Positions 1-14,525 are shown, counted from the stretch's first letter. The stretch: 64,000 bases of DNA from Chrysomallon squamiferum (GCA_012295275.1 CM022674.1:9858001-9922000), one strand, 5' to 3'. The notes: generated from the letters alone by a model not told the origin. Program-made: numbers and translations.

Positions 1-759
1 CACACAAATTTTATCTTTACCTTATAAATTATTAAAACCTTTCATACCGTAGATGTGTTGTTGTCGTTACTGTTATTGTAATAGTATTTATTGTTATTGC
101 ATTATTTATTATTTTTATTATCATTGTATTATTATTTTTATTATTATTATTAATATTGTTGTTGTTGTTGTTTGTTGTTGTTGTTGTTGTACTTTTTTCT
201 ACTAGAAATATTTTTAATACAAACTCATAATTCAAAAATTAAATAACTGAAGAGATAAAACGCATTAATTAATGCTATATGTAATGATGACGAATTTATT
301 ATCAAAACATTGGTATGTATATATATATATATATAGATAGATATTATTATTATTATTATTATTAAACATAGATAATCAAAGCTGATATCTACTGAGATAT
401 ATATATATATATATATACTGTATAACCAAGTGTTTCTTGACTTCGATAGATTGAAATACAATATAATATTGAAGGATTTAAGTATTATAATTAGTATCTG
501 AGGATTTTGAAACTTCTCCTTAAGGCATTATTATATTAAAATTAAAATTATTGGCTGTTAAAATGCATCCAGATAATCTACACAACGTACTATCAAGTTA
601 TGCATGCAGGAACCAGTGTCTCATCTATATGCTCTCTGTATACTGTATAATGTGTATATGTATGTATGTGTGTGTGTTGTGTGTGTTTGTGTGTGTGTTT
701 GTGTGTGTGTTTTGTGTGTGTGTGTGTATATATGTATATATAATGTGTGTTTGTGTATG

Positions 760-799
<40 letters not shown>

Positions 800-1024
800 A
801 CATACACACATATTATACAGATATAAACAAAGCGGATAGATGTGACACTGGTTCCTTCATTTTCTATTCGAACATTATTAAAATAACAAACGTTACCCTT
901 TTTATAATTTTATATCCTTATACTACTTTTATCTTTAAATCAAATATGAGGCATATATTTAATTATATATATATATATAGATCTGTATAATGTGTGTGTA
1001 TGTGTATATGTGTGTATATGTGTT

Positions 1025-1067
<43 letters not shown>

Positions 1068-1275
1068 TATAATGTGTGTGTGTGTCTGAGTATATGTATG
1101 AGTAGGCATATAAATCACTTGATCTTCTTATGCATGTGTATGTGGTCCAAGTTTTGCCATTCTTTCTTTTCATCTTTCTGTCTCGCTCTCTTTCTTTTCA
1201 TCTTTCTGTCTCGCTCTCTTTCTTTCTGTACATGTCGTGTGTACCTATGCGTGTATATTAGTGTTCGTTCGTTGT

Positions 1276-1307
<32 letters not shown>

Positions 1308-1622
1308 CTAAAGACCGTGTTCAGATATGTTCAGGATAATCTATTAGCAGATGAGGACAAAGTTCTTCCGAGATGTCCCAGTTGTTTTTCTATGTTACCG
1401 TGTTAGTATAAAAATACAGAATATCGTATCTGTGAAAACAAAGCTTGTGGTTTGCTGGTAGATAGTCCGATATTGTTTACATTATTATGCAGTAACCTGC
1501 AACTGAGAAATACAATTTTTAATCAGAGAAAAATTGTGATAATTATCTTTATTTAACAAGAAGTGAAGCAAACACAGGACTCGAAGATCGTATAAAGTAA
1601 AAACATCTTGAAATTTCCAAAA

Positions 1623-3221
1623 ATGAAAATGAATTATTTGTTTATAATGGTGTCTGTAGTTTCTGCCTGTTTCGTATTGATCGACGGACAGGCAGACTTG
1701 AGCAGCAACAAGACAATAACAATGGACAGGTTACCACTACGAGACAAAGCGATTTACCTCGCTGCTTACCTTGTTGACCACCCAGCTCTGTTCTCCCAGT
1801 TAGAAAACATCTACTCAGCCAGTCAGCCGCTGAGACAAGAAGCAAGTAAAAGTCCTGCAGGCAGTTTACTGAAGAATGCCATACTGGATTTGATTCCTGT
1901 TCTTCTTCAGAATAAGGAATTCCTCTCTGATTTGGCCGTCCTGGAAGACGAGATGAGTAAAGTGAATCTAACTGACGTGATAAGTTATAAGAAGATGCAC
2001 CAACTTACAGACAACGATCCCAGGATGAAGAAACTGCTGGCGAAGGCTTTGTTTGGGAGAATGCACAAACTAAGAGCTCTTAGGAGAATGTTGATGCAAA
2101 AGAACGCCCGAGACAGACTGTACCGTCATTCCAACTACCCCGTTAACAGCCAGTGTTACAATGACACCATGGATTTTGTTAACAGTTTGATAGGAATAAA
2201 ATTTCCGAATGCGTCGAATATGTATGACTATATTTCTCTTCCCTGGGCCGTTGACAGTAAGTTTATACATCCAAAAATATTTATATCCGAAAATTTTAAA
2301 ATAATATTATAATTTTCAATGCTTTGTTAAATAAATAAAGTATTTGGAATGGAGTTTGAATAAGAAATAATGATGTTAATTAAAGAAACCTTCTACCTCT
2401 TATTTTAGATATGATTATTAATTATGATTAATACTGTCATTAATTTAATTTAATCGCACTTATTTACATAAGATATATGCTTAACTTTAAAAAAACAAAA
2501 ACAATGTAGTTCTGAAAAAATGCATTGTCACAGAATTAATGAATAAAATCATGACTCCGTTAGCACCCGACATTAATTCCATAGCTGGTCATATTACGCA
2601 GTGTATTCGGGCAATGAGAAAAAAAAACGAAAACAAAAAAGTATCTAAAAAATTATTATAACATATATATATATAAAACGACGAAACAAATGTAGGTCAA
2701 GCTGCAAGGGGTTCAACTCCAACTGCGGATCCCGTGATCAATACCCGTGATTGGTTAAATATTGAATTTTGAAATAGACTGATAATCGTGGAATCTGTAA
2801 GACTTTGTACCCAACATAACATTGCTTTCACATTTTTCTTTAGCTGTTGATATAATTAAAATGATAAACTATCTGAACCTGTCAACACCCTCAACACATT
2901 TGACAGTATTATTTTAGTTTATTTTTAGTTAGAAACTACAAAACCAGATGTTATGCAGTTAATTACAAACAACCGGTAATTTGAAGGAGGGGTGATCATT
3001 AGTTTTATCAAAATCAGACTGAAGTAAACTTCTAATTATTTTAATTTATTTATAAAGCGATCCAAACGGTTTTATTAATATTACTGTGTAGGTACTGCGA
3101 AGGTAATTTACATACTACATGAGCTTAAAATATTATCTGTAATTTTATTCTTTAGTTATATTTCCTTTTACACCAAAGATCAAAAATGTAATTCAGTAGT
3201 AGTAGTAGTTATACAATAATG

Positions 3222-3256
<35 letters not shown>

Positions 3257-5256
3257 GATGGTGACAAGGATAATAATGATAACAACAACAGAAATAATAA
3301 AAGAAAAATCTAAAACAAAATAACAATAATAAAAAAGAATGAGGAATATATTTTGTGTATGGCTTATAATATCATCACAAGTGGCCTTGGTATGCTGTTT
3401 CAGTGCTGTGCTCTAAATGGGTTATCTTGCAAGAATCTGGGCCAGAGAATTCAGGTTATGCCGTCTAGCGTAGCAACCTTGTTCTCGAAAGTAATTTTTA
3501 CATTATCAAATGTGATCATACCAAATCGAATACTTAGCTATTTCAGTTGATCTTTTTTCATTAAAAAAGAAGAAAAGAAGAAGAATTTTTTTATCGTTAT
3601 AGTTATTGTAGTTATTGTTTTGTTTATGTTGTTATTTTCTTTTTGTAGTTGTTGTTGTTTATTCTTTTTTATCTTCAGTTAGTTTCTTACCTGGAATAAT
3701 GAAAATTGTTTTCAGAATTGTTTTCAAAAATAATTTTCTTTATGAGAAATGGATTTTAATGTAACTATTATCAGAATTAGGCTCTGAAGTACCTTTATAA
3801 CTGTTTATTATAATCTACACGTACACGATTATAACGTTAGTACTGACAAAATGATCTATTGGCTAATAGTAGCGAATGGCGAAATGTAGACATGATACAG
3901 TATTTGTTTATTATTTATTGTTTTTGTTTGGAATTTATTAAAACATATAACTGTTCGGGGGTGTTTTTTATGTGCATTCTGTTGCATTTATTAGATGATA
4001 GTAATAAAGACTGGATAATCTACTTTGTTTTTATTTTCTAACCTTGTGACGAACTTAAATTATTTAACTACAGTTTATTGGATAAATATTCTTTTTTTTT
4101 AATCGTTTTCAGTGTTTGACGCCATGGGAAAGCCGAGAGGAGGGATAACCAAAGGAAATCTGTATTTCATCGGTCAGTACGACTTGTGTATGTCCACTCA
4201 TGCCCATGTTCCAGCTAACATCATAATTGGAAACAGAATGCGGACCAAATCGAGAGACTTTGATACCAAATTCTGTCGAGTTTCGTTCAATCTACCAAAT
4301 TCCCTAGTTAAAGCTGTGACGGGTGATATTGTAAGTTTTCGTTTGCTGCATTTCATTTTTTTATATACGCAAAACATTCTACATAAAATTCTTTTATTTA
4401 AAATATCGTTTCTAAGGCTAAAATAGGTATTTCTGACGTAATTAATGTTGTTTGCAATCATATGATAGGAACTTATCGATAAGTACTTTCTTCCTTTTAT
4501 AATCAATAAACAGTTTTGTATTTTCCGACAATATTATCCCAGGTAAATATGTTAAACTTGCCTTGAAGTGGAGGAACTGATGAAAAACTTTGAAAAATAA
4601 AAATGTAAAGTTTACAATGAACGTTTCTTCCTTTCTTCATTAGAGATGTTAAGAAAGGAACACTGTGCCATAATTAACAAACAATTACATATTTTAGTTT
4701 TATTTTACATTAAGTTCCTCACCTTTTTTCTCTTTTTTTTCTTCTGTTTTTCTGATTTCTGTTTATTTTATTATATTATATTTTATTTTATTTTAACTGA
4801 ATATATAAATATATATTTTCTGTTTTTAATTACAAACAGTATATTATATGTATATATTATTATTATCATCATTGTCGTCGTCATCGTCTTTATTTTCATT
4901 TTACTTTTCTTTATTTTTCTAGTTTGTTTCTTTTGTTGCAATAACTATTATTACTATTATTATTGTTTTTGTTGCTGTTATTTCCATTTTCATAATTTAT
5001 TTATTTATTTATTTCTAATTTTTTGTTTTTGTTGTTGTTGTTATTGTTGTAGTTCTTCTTGATGTCTTTATAGTATTATCAGTGTTTTTAGTAGTATTTA
5101 CTGTTAGTGACGTTGTTACTGTTGTCAGGATACGCGCGGAGTCACGTTAAGGATTAACTGGGGATTTTGTTTGCCGTCGTCATGCACGAAGGAAGACGTC
5201 CATGGGCTTGTAGCTCTCGGTAAAAAATAAAACAAATAAAATAAAGATCTCTCTAT

Positions 5257-5311
<55 letters not shown>

Positions 5312-6861
5312 TATTTATAATTTTTTTGTATCTCCCAAAATATTTATAAATAAGTTTCTTTCTCTTCCTCTAAACGCACAAAACACTTAGAACAGACAGA
5401 TACTAGATCCATGTAAAGACAGTGGCAGATGGATGGGCCACTGTTGATAGAATACTGTCTTATAGAAAACTTTAAAATATTTAGTTAAGTTTGGTCATTT
5501 AAGCAAGATGGTAAAATAATTTTTTTTTTTTTTTAAAAAGTCAATAAATAAAACAATCTTGTTTCTGCCTCTGTGTAATAATTAATAATGAATTATTTTC
5601 AGGTCCTCTGGCTAGTGTAAATCTTGAATGAGAGTATTCACAGTGTGTACTGCGCTCAGAACATCCACTTGGTTGATGACGGATCTGCCCTTGCTACCTC
5701 GTAAAAACTATTAATTTATTATCATCATTATCATAATCATTTACATAATCATCATTATCATATTTATTTATTTATGTTTCGTCATCTTCATATGAATTAT
5801 TATTAGTAGTAGTTGTCTGTGTTAGAAGTATTAATAGTAGCAGCGGTAGTAGTAGTAGTAGAGTCGTAAGCGAAAGACTAAAGTAAAATCAGTAATATTA
5901 TTAATCGTATAAAATTAAACATAAGACTGTATACTGAAAGTTGTTTTTTATCGTGAGAACAGCTAATAACAATATAAATACAAATATTTATGTTTATCCA
6001 CACAGAATTATTCTTGGAGCTTTCGTCTGTATTGTTTTATTTACAACTGTCGTCGAGGGGGTTTCTGTTTGGTTTCGTGCTAACTGTAGAACTGAGGACT
6101 GTGAAAGCGTCAACGTAACAGAACATATCGAACTGGAAGGTGTGTGCAATGCTGGCTTTGTGTCAGACGAAAACAACGGAAGTCTTCCCTCGGGTTACGT
6201 TAGACACAGAAATGACAAAGGTTTGCCGGAACACGAGTACAGTTCTCTGTCCAAACATGATACCAGCGAAACCAAGATTTCATTACCCGAACCAAAAATA
6301 ATTGGTGATCCAGTGGTTAATGGAGGTCAGAGTTCAGTGCCTAAATTGGAAGCATCTCGGCGATCTCCAACACCATCAGGTTTTATTTAAAATTTGTATT
6401 TATTTATTTATTTATTTATTATTTTATTTATTTATTTAGTTAGTTACTTAGTTAGTTAGTTATTACATAAATAAAACAAATTTCAATCATTTGTGCTGAT
6501 ATATCCGTATGGCTCTACTTTATCAGTCTCAAAACCATAAACCTGAGTTAAAATAAGCAACACGAAAATGACTGAATTATCTGAAAACATGTTTTTGTTG
6601 TAACATGTGTAGTATTTCAATGTAATGAGTTTTGATGATAGAATTTTTCGTTTCAGTGGGTTTACTACTGATTAAAGCGTTCTCACTATACAACAACGTG
6701 CCCAAGTTACTAAACTGCAAGAAATCTCCATCAGCAATCCACTGTATCCACGGCATTCGCTTCTTCAGCATAATGTGGATCATTCTGGGCCACACATACA
6801 ATTACGGTGTGATATCTGTATTAGACACACCTACAACAGGTATTTATCATCGCTTGTTCTG

Positions 6862-6940
<79 letters not shown>

Positions 6941-9065
6941 GTATGGATATGTGCATGTGTGTTCCCTAACAATTTACATATATATATGTGTGTGTGTGTG
7001 TGTGTCTGTATGTACGTATCTACATATATTAGCATTTGAAATAAGGTTATTTTTGTTTTAGCCAATTTGGTGGATGTTGACGAACTAATGAAGAGGTTTA
7101 GTTTTCAAGTCGTCCAGGCCGGGGGTTACGCTGTCGACACTTTTTTCATGATCAGGTGAGGCTCGGAACCTTACAAGATATAATTACACAATTCTCTTAT
7201 CTTTTCATTTTTCTTCTTTATAATCAAAGTTTCCAGTAAAAATGTTTTTAATCAGTATTTTTGTAATTTCTTTATGAATTCATTTGTGTGTTTTATTTTT
7301 TAGTGGCATGCTAGTAACATGGCTTCTTTTGAAGGATCTAGCTAAGAGGAAACTGTCTGCTGGTTTCATGGGACAGTTCTTTTTCCACAGATTCTGGAGG
7401 TAACTTGTGAGATAAAACATCGAAGAACCCTAAAACATTATTTTTAAAAATCACACACTTCATAATTATCAACTCACTCCTTGTTGAGCAATATTATTAT
7501 TATCCTTCAAAAAAATGCTTGTATGTGAAATAAATTAATATAATGTTAGTTAAATGCCTAAATTGGCAGAAACAAATTTAAAATATAGCACATGCTTAAA
7601 TAATAATAGAAATAGGCTATTAATGAATAAAAAAACAAAAACAAATAAAAAAGACATAAAATAATAGCCAGTGTGTTTTTTTTTTTAATATAAATATTGT
7701 CTAATAAATCTTTAACAAAAAATAAATTCTGTGATTTAGACTGACTCCAATCTACATGTTTGTGCTGGCTGGGTTTGGTTGTCTGTATGAGTACCTTGGA
7801 TCAGGTCCTCTCTGGCCAGAAGCTATCAAAGCTGCTGACATCTGCAAGACAAACTGGTGGACTAACATGCTGTACATTAACAATATAGTTAGGGTCGATG
7901 ATATGGTAGGTGAAGTGCATTCTGTCATGCTATTATATATGCACAAACACAGTCACACACACTTACACAAATACGTACATACATACAAAGGGGTTTTCAA
8001 AGGTTAATTTCTATTAAATCAGTAGTCTGGGACCATTAATGACTTTGAGTAAATAAAGATTTTCGACATATTGATGTTTGACTACTCAAAGGTTATTATT
8101 ACTGGTTACTACTAATTTATATAGGAACTCAGCTAGGATCAGACTTTCAGCTCAGCAGAATGAGGTGCTCAAGAAATCAATGATCCAAGCTTTACTGTTT
8201 ATATGTTGAAAATTAATATTTACTCTGATGTTCACAATGAATATTTTCCTCATTATCATAATTATATTAAAGATTGGGATTTTCTTTCTTTTTTTCACAG
8301 TGCATGGGTTGGTCCTGGTATTTATCTAATGATATGCAGTTTTACATCATATCTCCACTATTGGTTATACCTATGTATTTGTGAGTTCAACATTTTAATT
8401 AGCAAATCAAAACACACACACACATACACAGACACACAAACACACACACACGCAACAGACAAACATACACATATATTCTTATAAACAATGGAAAAAGCCT
8501 GATAAATAAGTTTCTGAAACAAAAAAGCAGACAAACAAGATACTTCACTGAATAGCTGCAATGTCATCACCTCTGTTAACCTGAAATTTTAATGTTTTTA
8601 CATACAAAAAGCTTGTTATTGCTTTTTATACTGTTACACTTAATGATGTGAAAAGTTCAGAGATAAAATAAGCAAAGTGTATTTAGTGTTTATTTTTAAC
8701 ATCTGTGACACACTGATACATGTATGTTTAATTCTTCCAGAATATCAATAGATACAATTAAATAAATACATAATAGAGTTAAATTTATTGAATTTTACTG
8801 CATTTAATGAATTATGTATTTACCTTTATTTCTTTATTTATTGTTGTTATTATTGTTGCTATCATCATCATCATACTAATTATTATTATTATGTTTTTGT
8901 TGTTGTTCTAGGTATGCACCTCTGGGTATAAGTCTCACTTTTTTTCTGATGTTTTCTGGAATTGCATCAGCATTTTATAAAGAATACCTGTATGGAGGTG
9001 ATCTTTTCCAGTAAGTATAGCAACCACTGACATTTTCATGTCAAATCAACATTTTGATGATAATA

Positions 9066-9098
<33 letters not shown>

Positions 9099-11159
9099 AC
9101 AACAATAATAAACTATCTAGATCATATTTTGAAAAGATTAAATTATAATAATGAATTGCTGGTTGGCATAATAAAAAAAATCTATCTTATGTTTAACATA
9201 TGAAAATTTGAACTAGACTGTGTATATTATTTTAAATAATTATTACTTGTTTTTATTGAAGAAAAACATTAACAGCTGAATAAAAGTAAATATATATTTA
9301 TATAAAAATCTAAGCTGTGTTTGCAGGAAGACGGACACCCACTACTGGAATGACGTGTACATTGCACCTTGGTGTCGTGTTTCCACCTGGTGTGTGGGGA
9401 TGATTCTAGGATATATCATGCATAAGTACAAGAACACAAAACTCAAACAGGTCCATTTTTTAAGTAATTTGTTGTATATATGTACACATGTTTATCACTT
9501 TTCTTATAAGCGGTTATCCTATAGATATCATTTTTCTGAACTTGTTGATCTATCTATCAGCCTATCTATCTCTCTGTCTATCTGTCTATTTATCTATCTA
9601 TCTATCAGACTATCAATCTATCTGTATATCTATATGTGCCACTTCTCTATAACTTGTTGTCCTATTAAATGTCCTTTTTTATAACTTGTTTTAGGCTAAA
9701 AATACATTACTGAAATTAATTAACACTATAATACATTAATTATACAGAAATGATAAATATTATTTGGCATTATATTTTTATATCATTCTGTTTAATAATT
9801 ATTATAAATTTAGTAATACAAATATTCACGATTAAATGGGTTATTATAATAGTTTATGAAGTAATAGTAATATTAGTTAATAAACATATATATTGCCAAA
9901 TTTAGTCATAATGAGTTTACTGAAATAAGACTTTTTTTTTTTTTTTTTTTACATTAATAACTAAGGATAATTTTAAACTGAATTATTATTTTGGTAAAAT
10001 TGCTAGTGAATGTATTGAATGATCTGAATAATTAATCTAAAAATAGGATTCATGATTTACGTAGTAGCTGGTGATAATGTGCTTACTTAAAGAAAACTTT
10101 TATAACTGCAGACAAAGTTTGATATAAGAAGCTAGCTGTTTCATGTTTGAGAGAATCAAAGGGAAATTACTCTGTTATTTCAGACACATGCTCTGGTTGG
10201 ATGGATTATTGCCATTGGTACTGGCCTCACCCTGACGTACATAACTTACGACTACAGAAAAGAGGGTGGCACACCATGGCCTAGGTGGGGCATGGCTGCT
10301 ATGGAGTCATTTGGGCGACCACTCTGGGCTGCCTCAGTTGCTTGGGTTGTGTATGCATGTCACAAGGGAAGGGGAGGTAACCGATAACTAGAAATTTATA
10401 ACTGATATCCACAACTCACTGAATGTTATAAAATTCAAAATACAATTTTTTATTTTTTATTTTATTAATTATTATTATTAATAGTTAATGAGAAAATGAA
10501 TGTATTAGTCATATTAATACATTTTTAATGATTTTTTCCTTAGATAATGGCTTGTTCATATTCTGTAGATGGAACCCATAGTAGCATTTTAAATATAAGT
10601 ACTTATTTAATTGTCACTTTTTAAAAAGAATTTGAATTACCATTATAGTTTGAATATTATATTTTACAAAATGTATACAAGTTACTATGAGTTAACTGAA
10701 ATAAACAGTTATATTATATACTGATGGTGTTAATATGTATTTGTGACAATTAATGTACACATTTATTAGCTAAACTTATTGAGATTACTTTAATTTATTG
10801 TATAAGTTATACTTATCAAGTTTACTTTATAAATTTTCTACATTTATTTATTTTTACAGCTATCATCAATTCAATTCTTTCGTTTGGTGGTTTGATTCCT
10901 CTCTCTAGACTTACCTACGCTGCCTACCTCGTCCACCCTGTCATGATGATCATCTACGTGTTCAGCAAGAGAACACTGCTCTACATCAGTGACTACGACA
11001 TCGTAAATATTTTGTTTTCTAAACTAAACCATTCTGATGTCAAACTATGATAACATTTAATCTGTTATAAAATGAATCTTTTAAACAGTGTGTGCTGTAT
11101 GTATGTGTGTGTATGTATTATATAAATCTGTTTCATAATCACACACAGATATGCAGATG

Positions 11160-11200
<41 letters not shown>

Positions 11201-11213
11201 GTAAATATGCATA

Positions 11214-11245
<32 letters not shown>

Positions 11246-11539
11246 TCAAACACATAAATATCTGTGAAAAAACTCCAAAATGTAATTAATTTTCTGAATG
11301 TAATTAAATAAACTGAAAAGTAATTTTATACTGCCTGTAGTGAGTGGTTCATTGCTCTGGAGTAATAAACAAAACTAAAAACAAAAATAAAAAGTGATAT
11401 AATAATTATTTTTCAGGCCTATCTGTTCATTGGACATGTGTGCACCACATTCATGGCAGCATTTGTTTTATCAATGGTCTTTGAGTCTCCATTCCTCACT
11501 TTGGAAAAAATATTGTTTAGAAGAGGTCACAGAGATTAG
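1623..11539 (+). CDS. Nose-resistant-to-fluoxetine-6 (NRF-6)/OACYL-like membrane O-acyltransferase (NRF domain + acyltransferase-3 domain), 15 exons, about 904 aa if one extra base in exon 4 is removed
   Basis: Exons, all GT-AG: 1623-2256, 4113-4330, 5129-5219, 5603-5700, 6006-6379, 6657-6839, 7062-7155, 7304-7399, 7740-7905, 8301-8380, 8912-9010, 9327-9450, 10184-10376, 10860-11002, 11417-11539. Signal peptide. NRF motifs WAVDMFDAMGKP..GNLYFIGQYDLC and GFCLPSSC. Acyltransferase-3 motifs CIHGIRFFSIMWIILGH, AVDTFFMISG, HRFWRLTP, WSWYLSNDMQFY, PLSRLTYAAYLVHP, FESPFLTLEK. Summed exon length is 2716 (3n+1), indicating one frameshift. Confidence 0.9.
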
Positions 11540-12732
11540 CTGGGGTCAAGGTCACTTTATGATTGCCAATAATAAGAAAAAGCATTGGACTTGCCAATCA
11601 AAACAAAATAATTCTTTATGTGATACGTACATATTTTACACTTTGACATATAAAACAATAACTAATATTGCTTCTGATGCTTTATACGTGGAAGCAGTTT
11701 CTGAAATAATACTGCTGAAAACCAGAATCATGTACAATTAGAGTCTTCTGTATCAAAAATATAATAATAAAAAAAAAAATAATAATAATAACTGTAAATA
11801 GTAACATGTACAAATATTAACAGTATTGGATATAGACGTAGAGAGGCACACACATACACACACACACACACACACACGTACACACACAGCGATTTTTAAA
11901 AACAGAAAAATGCACAAACATATGTTAAATATTTATTAACGTTTAAAACTCTGTTTTATCTGAAGTATATGTAAGCATGGTAATCACTTTTATTCTTGTT
12001 AATTAGTAATGTACTTTCAGTTCAATAATCTGATTTACATTTCTAGTGATCTTCTAAGAAAATACATCTTCTAACACATATACAGGCAAATCACACACCC
12101 AACGTACATAAAAACACGTTTATAAAAACATCACATATACAAAAACAGACAGACACACACACACAACATGGACAGACATGCACAATCATATACGTACAAA
12201 CACACATATTTACTATGCCAGTTTTTCTTTATAAATATAATATAAATTATATAGTACAAATGATCTTTATGAATTTAGAATGTGTATAAAATAAAATCTG
12301 TAATTTTTCTATTTTTTGTTTTATTTTCTTGTTTGTTTTATTTTGTGGTTTGGGGTGTTATTGTTGTCCTTTGTTTTTTCTTTTTCCTTTTATTATTATT
12401 ATTATTATTATGATCTTGTTTTTTCCCTTTTTTTCATGTAGCATATAACAGATATACTACAAAAATAATATTCTACACAAGAATTTTTTCAAATTGTAAC
12501 GGAAACGTTCGTATTTTCAAACCGCAGATTAAATGTCTGTGAACTGAACCGAATGTAAATGTTTGTCACAAATTATCATGATTTTTTTTACTATTGCTTA
12601 TAAATAAATATAATTAATACAAATAAAAATAATTAAAAGTAATAATAAACACTTTATCAACATAAGCTAGCATCGAAAAACGTGCGTAGATAATATATTT
12701 GTGCATAGTGTGTGTGTGTGTGTGTGTGTGAC

Positions 12733-12797
<65 letters not shown>

Positions 12798-13969
12798 CCC
12801 TAAAAATATTTCGGATTTAATATTAAATATATAAAGATATATAAATTTGTAGTAATCCATTTGGATTTATTTAAGTCTAATTTTATATTGGTGTTTATCT
12901 TTATAAGCAAATAATCTGATTTTAATAAATAAATAAATAAATAATATTTTGTAAAGTCTTACATAAAGAGTACAACTCTGAAGTAAGTAACTAAACCGCA
13001 GTTTATTTATAGTCTGCAGTTTAAGTAAACAAAACAAAAATTGAAAGAGGAGACAACTTTGTTTGAACACGTTCATTTCTATTTACTTTTATGGCTCTCG
13101 AATTTCTACACGTTCACTTCAAGCAGTAATATATAAGATGTAATAAATCCAAAAGCGAATGATTAAATGAAAAGAAAGAAAAAGCAAGGCAGTTTGATAT
13201 TCGTGTACATTTCAGCATCGAAATATGTCAGATATTATTAATAACAGTTTAATGTTGGGTTCGTAAGAACAGTTCTGTAGAGGTTTTTTTATTGTGCGTG
13301 TTTTAAGAAATGTTGTGTATAATTGTGTTATTTAAATGACTCAAATTGAAAAAAGAACAAGTATGATTCTTCGAGCCCCTCGAATATAATACATCCAGTC
13401 CGCGACACAGCAGTATTTTTTTTTTTTTTTTTTTGTTGACGTAAGATAAACACAGATAGAATATAGGTAAGTAACGTTATCTAATAGTAAACATTTATGC
13501 AGTCTAGCTGTGAATATTAGTGTTCTCTCTATCTTATATATATACATATAAAATGGGTTTTTTTATTATTAATTATTTTTATTAATAAAGTTTATTAGTT
13601 AATATTCTAATATTCTGAAACGCTGTAATGAAGGTTTTCTGAGGAATGGGGAATTAATAAAGTTATGTAATATCCTAATATCAAAGGACGGATACTTAAG
13701 TGTCAGTCTGTGTCTACTCTTATTTAATAGTTACAAGAATAATTTTAGAATCCACAGAAATTATCTCAACTACACTAAATGTTATGCACGGACTGGAACG
13801 CGACTCTGCTAATGTGGTGCTGAACAACATCGGATACTACGTCAAGTTCAGATTGTCATAGCCGTTCTCTGCTAATTTTTCTTCCAGTATTTACATTCAG
13901 ATTCAAGGATATAGTTCAAGGAATGTTTGTTTGTTAACGAATGAACAGTTCAACATAATTGTCATGAAA

Positions 13970-14341
13970 TTCCGATTGCCTAACTAAATTTGTTACTTCA
14001 ATCAGATCCGCTCCTTTTATTTTTAACCGATGGAATTGAAATTGCGTAACTTTAATTGTTACTTCAAATCACATCCGCTGTTTTTATTTTTTCCACTATT
14101 TTTACAACTCCAAGCGTTGTTATTAAAACTCTGGCATTTGGTAAAAAAAAAATTAATTTAGTTTGAGTCATTCCCTGTCTATGACTAGTCTGTGTATACG
14201 GTTGTATACCGTCTTTGACTTGCCATGTTTTTATTTTGCAAAATTAAAATATTTTTCATATATCTTTAGCCAGGTGTGCCGCTATTTTTTCATGTGTTCC
14301 AAGATGTGCCGCTGGCAAAAAAAAAAGGTTGAGAACCACTG
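13970..14341. mobile_element. Truncated hAT (Charlie-like) element end
   Basis: AAGGTTGAGAACCACTG (14325-14341) is the reverse complement of CAGTGGTTCTCAACCTT, a Charlie-type terminus. It is followed by CCCTAGAT, matching the NNCTAGAN target preference. Subterminal GTGCCGCT occurs twice, and a degenerate direct repeat lies at 13975-14095. No partner terminus was found, so the left boundary is approximate. Confidence 0.5.
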
Positions 14342-14401
14342 CCCTAGATTGAGCCTTAACAGAACATGCAAGCTGTTTAAACGTGTGAGCCCCGTGACAG
14401 T

Positions 14402-14481
14402 AGGTCAGAGGTCACAATATGTCTGCTGATAAAAATAGCTGACTGTTGGCTGCTTCTTTACTCGTTAAATGTGACTTTGTC
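14402..14481 (+). promoter_or_regulatory. DR1 nuclear-receptor element + GATA + HNF4-like site upstream of the SLC17 start codon
   Basis: Perfect AGGTCA-G-AGGTCA (14402-14414), CTGATAA (14426-14432) and GTGACTTTGTC (14471-14481). Confidence 0.45.
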
Positions 14482-14525
14482 TTTTGTTTTAGTTTATTTA
14501 AGCTGGTAACATAATCTTAAGAAAC

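Noticed and set aside
32-1406. Many overlapping ORFs (CV, HT, YI, N-rich)
   Set aside because: Translations of (GT)n, (TA)n and (TTA)n microsatellites with no domain signal.
2690-2760. B-box-like GGTTCAACTCC suggesting a tRNA or SINE
   Set aside because: No cloverleaf or correctly spaced A-box; at most a decayed SINE that I cannot support.
5629-5631. TGA in NRF-6 exon 4 as selenocysteine or readthrough
   Set aside because: Reading through would stay in the wrong frame for the conserved downstream sequence; the defect is an indel.
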